Below, piece by piece: positions 29,506 to 39,243 of a stretch of 64,000 nucleotides of DNA. The notes beneath the pieces were generated by a model. The model saw nothing but the letters and a program-made list of their open reading frames with translations, searched no databases and was not told where the DNA came from. A program made the position numbers and the translations under genes. Position 1 is the first letter of the stretch; each line of letters starts with the position of its first letter. This DNA is from Candidatus Bruticola sp. (GTDB lineage Bacteria; Vulcanimicrobiota; Xenobia; Xenobiales; Xenobiaceae): positions 119,800 through 183,799 of the forward strand of contig JBJEGC010000015.1 of assembly GCA_051874695.1 (NCBI GenBank). The letters are read 5' to 3'.

Positions 29506-30312
29506 CTAACAGTTTATATTAGATCTTATAAAGATTTTAGGAGGTGATTCAGCTGTAATTTCCGCCTGAACCTGAAAAACTTGACTGATTAAACTTTGGG
29601 TAAGCACTTGCGACGGCTGACCTTCAGCGGCTATTTGCCCTTTGTTCAGCACAATCAACCGGGAACAGTATTGCGCAGCCAAATTTAGGTCGTGTAAGAC
29701 GGACACCACTGTCAGATGCCTTTCTCTATTTAAACGCCAAACCAGATCCATAATTTCTATTTGAAAGCAGACATCCAAATGATTAGTTGGCTCATCTAAG
29801 AACAAAACGGAAGTTGATTGAGCTAAGGCCTGAGCTATACGTACTCTCTGCACTTCGCCGCCGGAAAGTTCGGAAATATAGCGATCGGCTAAGTGGAAAG
29901 TAGCGGTATCTTGCATGGCCTGAATAACTGTCCGAGCGCGACTTCTGTAATTGTTCCATATGCTGTTCCGAGCACAGCAGCCCATCTCTACAATTTCCTG
30001 ACAGGTAAAATCTTGCCAAACGGAAGCCGTCTGAGGCACAAAAGCCAACTTCTGGGCGATCTGGCGGCGCGACATGGTGTTGCAGTTAATCCCATATAAA
30101 AAAGCGGCTCCGCTATCGGCAGGCAATAATCCGGCCAGAATACGCAACAGAGTAGACTTACCCGCACCATTAGGTCCTAAAATACCGACAAATTCCCCCT
30201 CTTTTATCGTCAGGGACAGATTATCCAGCACCTTAGCGCCCTCTTTGTAGGCACAAGTGATACCGTCAGCTTTTATTACGGAATCTGTCATTTTATCTTC
30301 ATGTTTATCCAT
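29506..30312 (-). CDS. ABC transporter ATP-binding protein (FecE/BtuD/HmuV type)
   Basis: Walker A GPNGAGKST, signature LSGGEVQRV, Walker B LFLDEPTNHLD. Confidence 0.85.
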   Translation of the reverse strand: MDKHEDKMTDSVIKADGITCAYKEGAKVLDNLSLTIKEGEFVGILGPNGAGKSTLLRILAGLLPADSGAAFLYGINCNTMSRRQIAQKLAFVPQTASVWQDFTCQEIVEMGCCARNSIWNNYRSRARTVIQAMQDTATFHLADRYISELSGGEVQRVRIAQALAQSTSVLFLDEPTNHLDVCFQIEIMDLVWRLNRERHLTVVSVLHDLNLAAQYCSRLIVLNKGQIAAEGQPSQVLTQSLISQVFQVQAEITAESPPKIFIRSNINC

Positions 30313-30373
30313 AAATACTACAAAACAGGCTAAGGCACCGCTGCGACCCGATAATTTTTCCTCGTCAGATCTT

Positions 30374-31474
30374 TCAGCGGTGTTCCCTTTTCAAAATAAA
30401 GAAAAAGAAAGGTGCCCCTACTAAAGCGGTAAGTACCCCTACCGGCAATTCCTGAGGAGCTATTATCGTTCTGGACATAATGTCGGCAATTACCAGAAAA
30501 GAAGCTCCGTTTATGGCGGCCGCTGGTAAAAGCAGTCGATGATCCGGCCCCGTAAGAAGACGCGTCACGTGCGGCACAACTAAGCCCAAGAAACCGATCA
30601 TGCCTGCCACAGCTACCGAAGCGGCCGTCATCAGAGAGCAGGCCGCCACAACGGATAGTTTCAAAGCTTCTGTATTTATCCCCAACGATTTGGCGTGTTC
30701 TTCTCCCATGCAGAGCATGTTAAGAGGGACTGCACACCAACAAAGTACGGCAAAACCTATCAGCAAATAAGGAGCGGTCATAAGTATAGAGGAAAAGTCG
30801 GCTTGGTCCAGTGTTCCCATCATCCATAGAATAACTCTCTGCAAATCTTGTTTGGCAGCGCTCATTAATAAACTCACTACCGCACTAGTAAAAGAGCCTA
30901 CTATTACTCCCGCCAACAGAAATGTGCCCACAGGCAATCCTCTGTCAGCTTTAGCCAAACGATAAACAGCCAGCATAGCTATTACCGCACCTGCGAAAGC
31001 CATAATAGGCACCGAGGGAAGATAAGGACTGAAATTGGGAATATGAAACACTATGGCCAACGTGGCTCCTAAAGAAGCTCCAGAAGAGGTTCCTACTATG
31101 TATGGATCAGCCAACGGATTGCGCAAAATAGCTTGAAATCCGCATCCGGCCAAAGACAGAGACGCTCCCGAAAGTATAGCCATAAGAATGCGCGGCCAGC
31201 GCAGCTCAAAAATAATAATTCTGCTGGCTTCCGGCAAACGTGCCGGATCCGTAATCAGACAGACAAAATCGGACCAAGGCAAAGTTACCGCTCCAAAGAA
31301 AGAAGCGGCGGCAGCGGCAATTAATAGCAAAGCTGCCGAAAGCAGCAAAATAGATAATCTTTTCCAATTGGCATAGCGAAGACGGCACAAATAAGCGTCA
31401 GTAAGTCTTTCCCTACTGAGTTCTTTTTCCTTATGCTGCTGACTAACGGACTTTAGCGTCATAATCTTCCTCAA
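30374..31474 (-). CDS. ABC transporter permease, FecCD/BtuC family
   Basis: 366 aa with about 10 TM segments. Hydrophobic profile and Gly-rich helices typical of FecCD. Overlaps the binding-protein gene. Confidence 0.8.
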   Translation of the reverse strand: MRKIMTLKSVSQQHKEKELSRERLTDAYLCRLRYANWKRLSILLLSAALLLIAAAAASFFGAVTLPWSDFVCLITDPARLPEASRIIIFELRWPRILMAILSGASLSLAGCGFQAILRNPLADPYIVGTSSGASLGATLAIVFHIPNFSPYLPSVPIMAFAGAVIAMLAVYRLAKADRGLPVGTFLLAGVIVGSFTSAVVSLLMSAAKQDLQRVILWMMGTLDQADFSSILMTAPYLLIGFAVLCWCAVPLNMLCMGEEHAKSLGINTEALKLSVVAACSLMTAASVAVAGMIGFLGLVVPHVTRLLTGPDHRLLLPAAAINGASFLVIADIMSRTIIAPQELPVGVLTALVGAPFFFFILKREHR

Positions 31475-32390
31475 AATATCGGTGCAGAAGTTCTACTCCT
31501 TGCAGGGACCGCATAGTCGCCCTATGCAGCAAGCTGGAAGGGACATGGTGAACACGACCAGAGCGAACCGCCCGCAAGGAATCCCAACCAGGCAGCAGCT
31601 TTAAGTCGGGAGCACCTTCACAATTCATAATTACTATGTCCGGATCACGGCGCAGCAGATCTTCAATCGAAACCGTAGGATAGGAAGCACTCAAATCGAT
31701 ATAGCAGTTGTTGCCACCAGCCATATTTATTAAGTCGTTTATAAAAGAACTGCTACCGACAGTCATTATCGGAGCGGGCCAAATGGCCAAAAAAACTTTG
31801 GGACGGTGCGTTTTTTCTTTATTGCGTTCGGAACACATTGAGCGGAAAGTAGCCAGTTGTTCAGACAAAACAGCCGCTTCTTTTTCTCGTCCTAAAGCAC
31901 AACCTAGCACCGGCAAAGCTGCCGCCAAGTCATCCAAACTATCCAACTGCAATCTTAACCGTTCGGCCTTCATTTTATTTAAACGCTCCGCCGCACCTGC
32001 AGGCAGAAATCTGTCATCGTAAACGATCAAGTCAGGAGCAGCAGCGGCAATAAGTTCAAAGTTCGGATACATATCGCCTACGCTGGGAATACGCTTAACG
32101 GACGGCGGGTAGTCGTCGTTATCTGTTACACCCACTAACAAATCTTCTGCTCCCAAATTGCAAATAGTTTCGGTGAGGCTGGGGGTCAGTGAAACCGTAC
32201 GCAAAGATCGGCGGCGCCCAAGAGGAGAGAACTCCTCGTCCCAAAGAGAAGCTCGGGCTGCCTCTCCCTGAGTTTTCCAGTTACTTCTAACTGAAGAAAT
32301 GCGGTAAGTAGCGCAAATAAGAAAAGCCAAAATAAAAAAAACAACCGTTCCCCAACGCAATGTTGTCGCATTACTACTAAGCTTCTTCAT
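31443..32390 (-). CDS. ABC transporter periplasmic binding protein (BtuF/FhuD class III PBP). The start is probably the ATG at 32388-32390 (MKKLSS...) rather than the ORF-track start at 32549
   Basis: Signal/TM after MKKLSSNATTLRW. TVSLTPSLTETICNLGAEDLLVGVTDNDDYP and DLIVY motifs are typical of BtuF-like binding proteins. The longer N-terminus in the track has no signal-peptide logic. Confidence 0.7.
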   Translation of the reverse strand: MKKLSSNATTLRWGTVVFFILAFLICATYRISSVRSNWKTQGEAARASLWDEEFSPLGRRRSLRTVSLTPSLTETICNLGAEDLLVGVTDNDDYPPSVKRIPSVGDMYPNFELIAAAAPDLIVYDDRFLPAGAAERLNKMKAERLRLQLDSLDDLAAALPVLGCALGREKEAAVLSEQLATFRSMCSERNKEKTHRPKVFLAIWPAPIMTVGSSSFINDLINMAGGNNCYIDLSASYPTVSIEDLLRRDPDIVIMNCEGAPDLKLLPGWDSLRAVRSGRVHHVPSSLLHRATMRSLQGVELLHRYFEEDYDAKVR

Positions 32391-32399
32391 AGGCGGAGG

Positions 32400-32545
32400 T
32401 TGTTTTTCTGTCGGCCTCCCCTTCTTCCTTCCATTAAGCCCTAAGCCCACAAGGAAGAAGCTTTCTACCGTCGAAAGCGGGCAAATTCCGGGGGAATTTT
32501 TACCCTCCGGCCTATTTTCTATTAAGCCGGAGGGTGGGTGTATGC
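32400..32545 (-). ncRNA. Possible cobalamin riboswitch in the leader of the BtuFCD-like operon (weak)
   Basis: The minus-strand RNA contains AAUAGG..GGAGGGUAAAAAUUCC..GCCCGC..GACGGUAG, resembling conserved segments of the B12 aptamer (AAnAGGGAA, GGUGnAAnUCC, CCCGCCACUGU). The B12-box match is imperfect. Confidence 0.3.
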
Positions 32546-32700
32546 CCATTTTTTTGTAAAATCGGCGGTGTGCTGCGCTTTGCTAAAAAGTTTGCAGCCA
32601 ACTCGCTTCCGCGAACGCAGAGCCGGTCTTAGAACTATGTGAACCGACTATGTATGAAGTTTGCGCGCCGCCAGCCTGCCAGGAGTATAGTAAGTAGAGA

Positions 32701-33957
32701 ATGACCGAAGAATTAACTTCAAAAGAAGTAGCCCGCCTGTACAAGGACTACATTAACCCCGATTTGGCCCGCATGATGCGTATAACCGGTCTGGGCACTG
32801 TCGAAGATCATGCCGAAGGTTCATACGTTTGGGACATTAGCGGTAAAAAATATCTAGATATGGCCGGCGGATACGGGGTGTTCTGCGTAGGGCACTCCCA
32901 CCCTCATGTGATTGCCGCTGTTGAAAAACAGCTCCACAAAATGTCTCTCTCTGCCAAAGTTTTTTTCACAGAAGCTCAAGCGCGTCTGGCTAAGAAGCTA
33001 GCCGAAATAACCCCCGGTGATTTGCGCTACTCTTTCTTCTGCAACAGCGGTACCGAAGCTGTGGAGGGAGCCCTAAAGATTGCCCGTTTGGCTACTGGAC
33101 GCACTACCTTTGTGGCTATGCACAACGCCTTCCATGGGAAATCAACTGGTGGTTTGGCCGTCTCTGGTCGTCCTAACTACAGAACTCCTTTTGAGCCACT
33201 CATGCCTGAAGTCCGCCATATTCCTTTTGGCGATGCCGATGCCTTAAGTGAGGCCGTCGACGAAACCGTTTCAGCCGTAATCGTCGAGCCGGTTCAAGGC
33301 GAGGGAGGCATTCACGTAGCCCCCGACGGCTATATGCAGAAAATGCGCGAAGTTTGCGACAAGCACGGGGCGCTTTTAATCGCCGATGAAGTGCAGACCG
33401 GTTTTGGCCGCACTGGCAAAATGTTTGCCGTAAATCATTGGAATATTACCCCAGATATTTTGGTCTTAGCTAAAGCGCTCAGCGGAGGCATTCTGCCTAT
33501 CGGTGCTTTTGTCGGCACTCCCAAAGTTTGGTCGGCTTTTAAAGGACGTCCTACCATCCACACTTCCACTTTCGGAGGTAGCCCGCTGGCCTGTACCGCT
33601 GGCTTGGCTGCTCTCGAAGTTTATGAAAAGGAAGACCTTTGCCGCAAATCGGCGGAAAGCGGCGCCTACTTCAAAGGTAAATTGGAAGAACTGGCCGCTC
33701 AATATCCCGATTTGGTAAAGGAGATCCGCGGCCTCGGCCTGCTTTTAGGATTAGAATCGACCAAAGAAGAGTATGCCGGCTCCATAATTTCAGAAATGTC
33801 TCATCGAGGCGTCATAGCTGTCTACACTTTAAATCAGCCCAAAGTGATTCGCTTCGAACCGGCTTTAGCAATTGCTCGAGAGGATATCGACATATGTTTA
33901 AAGGCTTTAGCCGAATCGTTGGCCCAAACTAGAGAGCTTTTTGCCGGACGCATGTAA
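32701..33957 (+). CDS. Class III PLP-dependent aminotransferase (acetylornithine/4-aminobutyrate aminotransferase family)
   Basis: 418 aa. LIADEVQTGFGRTGKMFA (PLP-Lys in GRTGK) and GHSHPHV are hallmarks of class III aminotransferases. Confidence 0.85.
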   Translation: MTEELTSKEVARLYKDYINPDLARMMRITGLGTVEDHAEGSYVWDISGKKYLDMAGGYGVFCVGHSHPHVIAAVEKQLHKMSLSAKVFFTEAQARLAKKLAEITPGDLRYSFFCNSGTEAVEGALKIARLATGRTTFVAMHNAFHGKSTGGLAVSGRPNYRTPFEPLMPEVRHIPFGDADALSEAVDETVSAVIVEPVQGEGGIHVAPDGYMQKMREVCDKHGALLIADEVQTGFGRTGKMFAVNHWNITPDILVLAKALSGGILPIGAFVGTPKVWSAFKGRPTIHTSTFGGSPLACTAGLAALEVYEKEDLCRKSAESGAYFKGKLEELAAQYPDLVKEIRGLGLLLGLESTKEEYAGSIISEMSHRGVIAVYTLNQPKVIRFEPALAIAREDIDICLKALAESLAQTRELFAGRM

Positions 33958-34268
33958 AATTCACCTAACCGGACCGGCCTGTGTAGGTCGGCCCGACTAT
34001 TTTTCAGCGGACTAGGTTTGCTTTTCAGCAGTCTGTTCCGAAATTTTGTAGATAATTGGCTTACCAAAGTCCTACCCACAGAACATGGGGAGGTTAAGTC
34101 TGCAGCTGCCAACGCCTTACCTTTCGGTAAAGGTTACTGCTCAAATAAAGCAGCTGCGGAAAAAAATGAGGAGAGCGGCGCCTCTCCGCAGCCGTCAGGC
34201 TTGACAAAAAGTCGGCCCTACGGTAGTTCGCTCTCGCCCCAGTCCAAATAGCAGTAATCGGAGGAACT

Positions 34269-34709
34269 ATGACCTACGTAGTCCGCAGTATCGTTGCCAA
34301 AGGCGACCCCAGGGCCGCTTATGAACTCACCAAAGACATGGAAAGCTTTCCCAAGTTTATGCCCGATGTTCAAAGTGTAGAGGTCGTTAAACGCGGCGAG
34401 AACATGACCGTCACCGATTGGAGCACGGAAGTTGACGGTACCGAACTTATCTGGACAGAAGAAGATCACTTCGATGACGAAAACTTAATCGTAACTTACA
34501 AACTTATTGAAGGCGATTTGGATAAATTTGAAGGCCAATGGGTGTTCGAGCCCTGTGAAGAAGGCTGCAAAATTACTCTTTCTGTCGATTTTGATTTCGG
34601 CATTCCTGAGCTTATCCACCTTATAGGTGGTGTTCTGGAAATAAAAGTGACTGAAAATTCAGACATGATGCTCAACAGCTTAAAATCCCGCATTGAAGGA
34701 CAGGCTTAA
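34269..34709 (+). CDS. SRPBCC (START/Bet v1/polyketide-cyclase-like) small protein
   Basis: 146 aa, beta-rich, with the pattern of the SRPBCC superfamily. Stop is 4 nt before the next start. Confidence 0.55.
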   Translation: MTYVVRSIVAKGDPRAAYELTKDMESFPKFMPDVQSVEVVKRGENMTVTDWSTEVDGTELIWTEEDHFDDENLIVTYKLIEGDLDKFEGQWVFEPCEEGCKITLSVDFDFGIPELIHLIGGVLEIKVTENSDMMLNSLKSRIEGQA

Positions 34710-34712
34710 TCA

Positions 34713-35822
34713 GTGAACCGTTTCGGCTTCTTAATCCATCCTCTGGGAATGCGCGATATTATCCGTCACCTTCCAAACGTGGCCGGTAAGCGTGAGCCTC
34801 TGGTAAAGAAAGTACTGGAGTGGACTCCTTCTTACCACGCTTCTCATATTACCGGCGTAACTTCGGCTTTTGACGGCAGAGAAATCGAAGGCGATTTTTA
34901 CACTGTTCCCCTTTTTCCCCAGCAAATTACCGGCCTAGATCGCCAGTTTGTACTCGAACGCATTATCAGTGCGTGTAAACTGGCCGAAGCTGATGGTGCC
35001 CAAATAGTCGGTCTCGGAGGCTATACTTCCGTAGTAGGCTCAGCTGGCATGACCGTAGCGAAAGAGATAGACATTGCCGTTACTAGCGGCAACAGTTACA
35101 CCGTAGCCACTGCTGTTGAAGGAGCGACATCTGCTTGTGAGCTTTTGGGTTTAGATCCTGCCCAAGCAGTGGTAGCCGTTGTAGGAGCTACCGGGTCTAT
35201 AGGTAGTGTTTGCTCCAAGATATTGGCCAAACGTGGTGTTGGCACACTTATCCTGCTAGGCCGCTCTGAACAGCGTTTGGCCAATATCGCAGAAGAAATA
35301 AGCGCTCTGTATCCTCACACCAATATAGAAATATCTATAGATATGGGAACTAATATCAGGCGCTCCGACCTAGTGGTAAGTTGCACTTCTTCCGGAGGCG
35401 ACATTTTACAGCCCGCTATTTTCAAGTCTGGTTCGGTAATTTGCGACGTAGCCGTACCTCACGACGTCTGCCGTGAAGTGGCTCAGCTGCGTCCCGATGT
35501 CTTGGTCATTGAAGGAGGCGTCTGCGTAGCCCCCGGCCTAAATCCCAAATTCAATTTTGACTTCGGCTTCCCCGAAGGCATATGCTTAGCCTGTATGGCC
35601 GAAACTATGATTCTCACCATGGAAGGACGCTTCGAAGACTTTTCTATCGGTCGAGGTTTACAAATCGAAAAAGTGGAAGAAATAAGTCGTTTAGCCAAGA
35701 AACACGGTTTTAAGCTGGCCGGATTCCGCGCTTTCGATGAGCCAATTACAGCCGAACGCATCGAACAGGTCAAAACCTTGTCTAAGGAATACTATAAGGA
35801 TCAACACACATTCCAATTATGA
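34713..35822 (+). CDS. NAD(P)-binding Rossmann-fold oxidoreductase with an N-terminal substrate domain (shikimate/quinate-dehydrogenase-like fold)
   Basis: VVAVVGATGSIGSVCSKILAKRG dinucleotide-binding motif at about residue 150, after an N-terminal 150-aa domain. Overlaps the next gene by 4 bp. Confidence 0.5.
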   Translation: MNRFGFLIHPLGMRDIIRHLPNVAGKREPLVKKVLEWTPSYHASHITGVTSAFDGREIEGDFYTVPLFPQQITGLDRQFVLERIISACKLAEADGAQIVGLGGYTSVVGSAGMTVAKEIDIAVTSGNSYTVATAVEGATSACELLGLDPAQAVVAVVGATGSIGSVCSKILAKRGVGTLILLGRSEQRLANIAEEISALYPHTNIEISIDMGTNIRRSDLVVSCTSSGGDILQPAIFKSGSVICDVAVPHDVCREVAQLRPDVLVIEGGVCVAPGLNPKFNFDFGFPEGICLACMAETMILTMEGRFEDFSIGRGLQIEKVEEISRLAKKHGFKLAGFRAFDEPITAERIEQVKTLSKEYYKDQHTFQL

Positions 35823-36757
35823 CAGAGCAGGCAAAAAATAAAAATATGAAACGTGTTGTCAGCATCAGTATAGGCTCCTCGGTTCGCGATCACAGCGTAA
35901 CGGCAGAGCTTTTGGGCCAAACTTTTGAAATTTCTCGCCGCGGCACCGATGGCGATCTGCGCCGAGCCAAAGAGCTTATCAGTGAACTGGACGGCCAAGT
36001 CGATGCTATAGGTCTGGGTGGACTCGACGTTTACTTGTACAGTAAAACGAAACGTTACGCCCTGCGCGACGGTTTAAAGCTTCTGCAGATAGCTAAAAAA
36101 ACTCCGGTAGTTGACGGCAGCGGCTTAAAGAATACTTTAGAGCGCGAAATTATTCGTATGTTGTCTTCCGATAAGCGAATTCCACTTCAAGGCAGCAAAG
36201 TATTAATGGTTTGCGCTCTCGATCGCTTCGGTATGGCCGGAGCTCTGGAAGAAGCTGGAGCCAAAGTAACTTACGGAGATCTAATTTTTTCCCTCGATCT
36301 CGACCAGCCCATTCTCAGTCTCGATGAGTTGGCTGAAAGGGCAGACAAGCTGCTGCCCGACTTCTGCAAGCTTCCCATCAGTATGCTTTATCCTACAGGC
36401 AAAAAGCAAACTGCTATCGAGCCCTCTCCCTTGACAGATAAGTATTATCAAGATGCCGATATTATTGCGGGAGACTTCCTCTTCATACGACGTCGCCTTC
36501 CCGATCGTCTAGAAGGTAAAATTATTATCACAAATACGGTCACCAGTGCCGATCTTGACGAATTGCGCAAACGTGGTGTAGCATACTTGGTCACTACTAC
36601 GCCCGAATTTAACGGACGCTCCTTCGGAACTAACGTGATGGAGGCCGTAATGCTGGCGATTCTAGGCAAAAAGTGGGAAGAAGTCGAACCGCAAGATTAT
36701 TTAAGTCTGATTACGCGTTTAAACTTCCAACCGCGTGTTGTAAAACTCCAAAATTAA
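35819..36757 (+). CDS. Hypothetical protein, possibly AroM-like/racemase-fold
   Basis: 312 aa. KRVVSISIGSS and VDAIGLGGLD loosely resemble AroM family motifs. Low certainty. Confidence 0.35.
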   Translation: MTEQAKNKNMKRVVSISIGSSVRDHSVTAELLGQTFEISRRGTDGDLRRAKELISELDGQVDAIGLGGLDVYLYSKTKRYALRDGLKLLQIAKKTPVVDGSGLKNTLEREIIRMLSSDKRIPLQGSKVLMVCALDRFGMAGALEEAGAKVTYGDLIFSLDLDQPILSLDELAERADKLLPDFCKLPISMLYPTGKKQTAIEPSPLTDKYYQDADIIAGDFLFIRRRLPDRLEGKIIITNTVTSADLDELRKRGVAYLVTTTPEFNGRSFGTNVMEAVMLAILGKKWEEVEPQDYLSLITRLNFQPRVVKLQN

Positions 36758-36809
36758 ATCTTCCTATTTGACAGATAAACGTACCTAACGCTATGCGCCG
36801 GAGGCAGAT

Positions 36810-37334
36810 ATGGCTAACGAAAAAACTAATTATTTAACTAGACAGGGCCTGCTTGAAGCCCAGCAAAAACTCCAGTATCTTAAAACCACAAAGCGTGAGC
36901 AGATTGCCGAGCGCATTCGTGTGGCCCGTGAATTCGGTGATATTTCTGAAAACGCCGAATATGAAAGCGCCAAAGCAGAACAAGGTTTTGTAGAAGGAAC
37001 TATCAGCGAACTTGAGCGAGTACTGCAGAACTACACTATCATTGGTGAATCTACCGACGACGGCGACGCCCAACTTAGCGAGGTTAACTTAGGCACTTTG
37101 GTTACCATAGTCAATATGGCCAAAGATGAGAATGGCCAAGAAGAACGCTATTCTTTGGAACTGGTCGGTACGCGCGAGACTAATCCTCAAGGCGGACGCA
37201 TTTCTAACGAGTGCCCCTTAGGTGCAGCTCTGCTCCATCATGGTTTAGGCGATATAGTCGACGTAAAGACTCCCAGCGGCGTCATTTCTTGGAAAATTGA
37301 GAAGATTCAACCTGCCGGCATTAAGACTGCCTAG
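36810..37334 (+). CDS. greA: Transcription elongation factor GreA
   Basis: 174 aa. N-terminal coiled coil with DISENAEYESAK and a C-terminal FKBP-like domain. SD GGAGG upstream. Confidence 0.9.
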   Translation: MANEKTNYLTRQGLLEAQQKLQYLKTTKREQIAERIRVAREFGDISENAEYESAKAEQGFVEGTISELERVLQNYTIIGESTDDGDAQLSEVNLGTLVTIVNMAKDENGQEERYSLELVGTRETNPQGGRISNECPLGAALLHHGLGDIVDVKTPSGVISWKIEKIQPAGIKTA

Positions 37335-37454
37335 TCTATATTTTTAAACAGCAAGTTTTTCGCTGAGTTTTAAGGTTCCGCCTTAGGCCGAATGCAGGCA
37401 GAATAAGACGGAGCCTCTTTTTATGGTAGCGCACAAAACAGAGAGAGGTCATTC

Positions 37455-38972
37455 ATGAATCAGGAACAGAAAAAAGGTAAGCGCCAGGCTGCTCCCGAGC
37501 TCAGCTTGAGCGAACAGCAAGCTATTCGCATCCAACACTTAAGAACTTTAGAAGAGCAAGGCCTTAACCCTTACGGACACAGTTTCGCCCGTACTAAAAA
37601 TGCAGCTTTTATTAAAGAGAAATACAACTATTTGGAAGCTGAGCAGGAATCAGAAGAAGAAGTCAGTTTAGCGGGCCGTATTACAGCCTGGCGCGGCCAC
37701 GGCAAAGCTTCATTTATCGATCTTACCGATCTTTCCGATCGCATTCAACTGTACTTCAAATACGATGTTTTAGGTGAAGAGTCTTATAAGAGGTTGAGTC
37801 TGGCCGACTTAGGAGATTTGATTACCGTCAGCGGCCCAGTTTTCCGCACCAGCCGCGGCGAACTTTCCATTAGAGTCAAGGAGTGGAGTATTGCAGCTAA
37901 AAGCCTGATTCCCCCGCCTGAAAAGTTCCACGGCCTCACCGATATAGAAGTGCGTTACAGACAGCGTTATGCCGACTTAATTGCCAACAAAGATGTGCGT
38001 GAAGTATTTATTAAGCGCAGCCGCATTATTTCCACCATCCGCCATTATCTCGACAGTCTGGGGTTCCTGGAGGTAGAAACTCCCTGCATGTCATCTGTAG
38101 CCGGCGGCGCTTCAGCTCGTCCTTTCATCACTCATCACAACGCTTTAAATACAACCATGTACTTGCGCATCGCTACAGAGCTCCACCTGAAGCGCTGCAT
38201 TGTGGGCGGCTTGGAAAAAGTTTATGAAATTGGCCGCCTGTTCCGCAATGAAGGACTCGACACCAAACACAACCCAGAGTTCACCACTATCGAGCTTTAT
38301 GAAGCCTGGAGTGACTGCGCCGGTATGATGAAAATTACCGAGAGCATTATCGATACTTGCTGCCGCGAAGTGCTAAACACTCATAATATTACTTTTATGG
38401 GCCATGAGCTTGATATGCGTCCTCCTTATCCGCGCCTGACCATGGATTCGCTCTTCCAAAAATATGCCGGCATTTCTATTAAAGAACTCAGAGAACCCGG
38501 ACGTGCTAAAGCCAAAGCTTTAGAGCTGGGCATCAATTTGGGCAATAAAGAACACACTTTGGCCCATCTTATGGACAAAATTTTCGAAGCTACTTGTGAA
38601 GAGCATTTGATTCAACCGACTTTTGTTACAGAACAGCCCACAGAGCTCTCTCCTTTAGCTAAACGCAAAGACGACGATCCAACGCTTACCGACCGCTTTG
38701 AGCTCTTCGTTTGCGGCAGCGAACTGGCCAACGCTTTCAGCGAAGTTAACGATCCTTTCGATCAGCGCAAACGTTTTGAAGAGCAGCAGGCTCTCAAAAA
38801 TATCGATGAGGAAGCTCATCCTCTAGACGAAGACTTCTTAAACGCTCTCATGTACGGCATGCCTCCCACGGGCGGCTTAGGCTTGGGTATCGACCGTCTG
38901 GTTATGCTCTTAACTGGTCAGAGTTCCATCCGCGATGTCATCCTCTTCCCCACTATGAAGCCGATAGACTAA
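37455..38972 (+). CDS. lysS: Lysine--tRNA ligase, class II
   Basis: 505 aa. N-terminal anticodon-binding OB fold. Class II motifs 2 and 3 (FRNEG, GGLGLGIDRLVMLLT). Confidence 0.95.
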   Translation: MNQEQKKGKRQAAPELSLSEQQAIRIQHLRTLEEQGLNPYGHSFARTKNAAFIKEKYNYLEAEQESEEEVSLAGRITAWRGHGKASFIDLTDLSDRIQLYFKYDVLGEESYKRLSLADLGDLITVSGPVFRTSRGELSIRVKEWSIAAKSLIPPPEKFHGLTDIEVRYRQRYADLIANKDVREVFIKRSRIISTIRHYLDSLGFLEVETPCMSSVAGGASARPFITHHNALNTTMYLRIATELHLKRCIVGGLEKVYEIGRLFRNEGLDTKHNPEFTTIELYEAWSDCAGMMKITESIIDTCCREVLNTHNITFMGHELDMRPPYPRLTMDSLFQKYAGISIKELREPGRAKAKALELGINLGNKEHTLAHLMDKIFEATCEEHLIQPTFVTEQPTELSPLAKRKDDDPTLTDRFELFVCGSELANAFSEVNDPFDQRKRFEEQQALKNIDEEAHPLDEDFLNALMYGMPPTGGLGLGIDRLVMLLTGQSSIRDVILFPTMKPID

Positions 38973-39060
38973 CCTGACACTTTGAAAATGCGACGACAAG
39001 AAGCTTATTAAGTTCAAGAATTACTGTAAAATACGCTAATTTCGTCCGCAGCCGCAACAA

Positions 39061-39095
39061 GGTTGCTGCCTTTAACAGGCAGCAGCCTTTTTTAT
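39061..39095 (+). terminator. Intrinsic terminator after lysS
   Basis: GGTTGCTGCCT ttaac AGGCAGCAGCC TTTTTT. Confidence 0.7.
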
Positions 39096-39243
39096 TGCCT
39101 GCGACCTCTTCAATAATAGATTCAAACAGCCTTATTAGACCACTAATTGAGCCGACAGCCGACTTATCCTTAAATATTATGCGCAACCCCTGCTATAGGA
39201 AAGAGGTTAGCTCTGTAGTAAATACACCTGATATTTTTCTAGC

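Noticed and set aside
31443-32549. Long N-terminal extension of the binding-protein ORF (start at 32549)
   Set aside because: The first 53 residues have no signal-peptide character and would overlap the probable riboswitch/leader. MKKLSS... at 32390 immediately precedes a hydrophobic signal/anchor.
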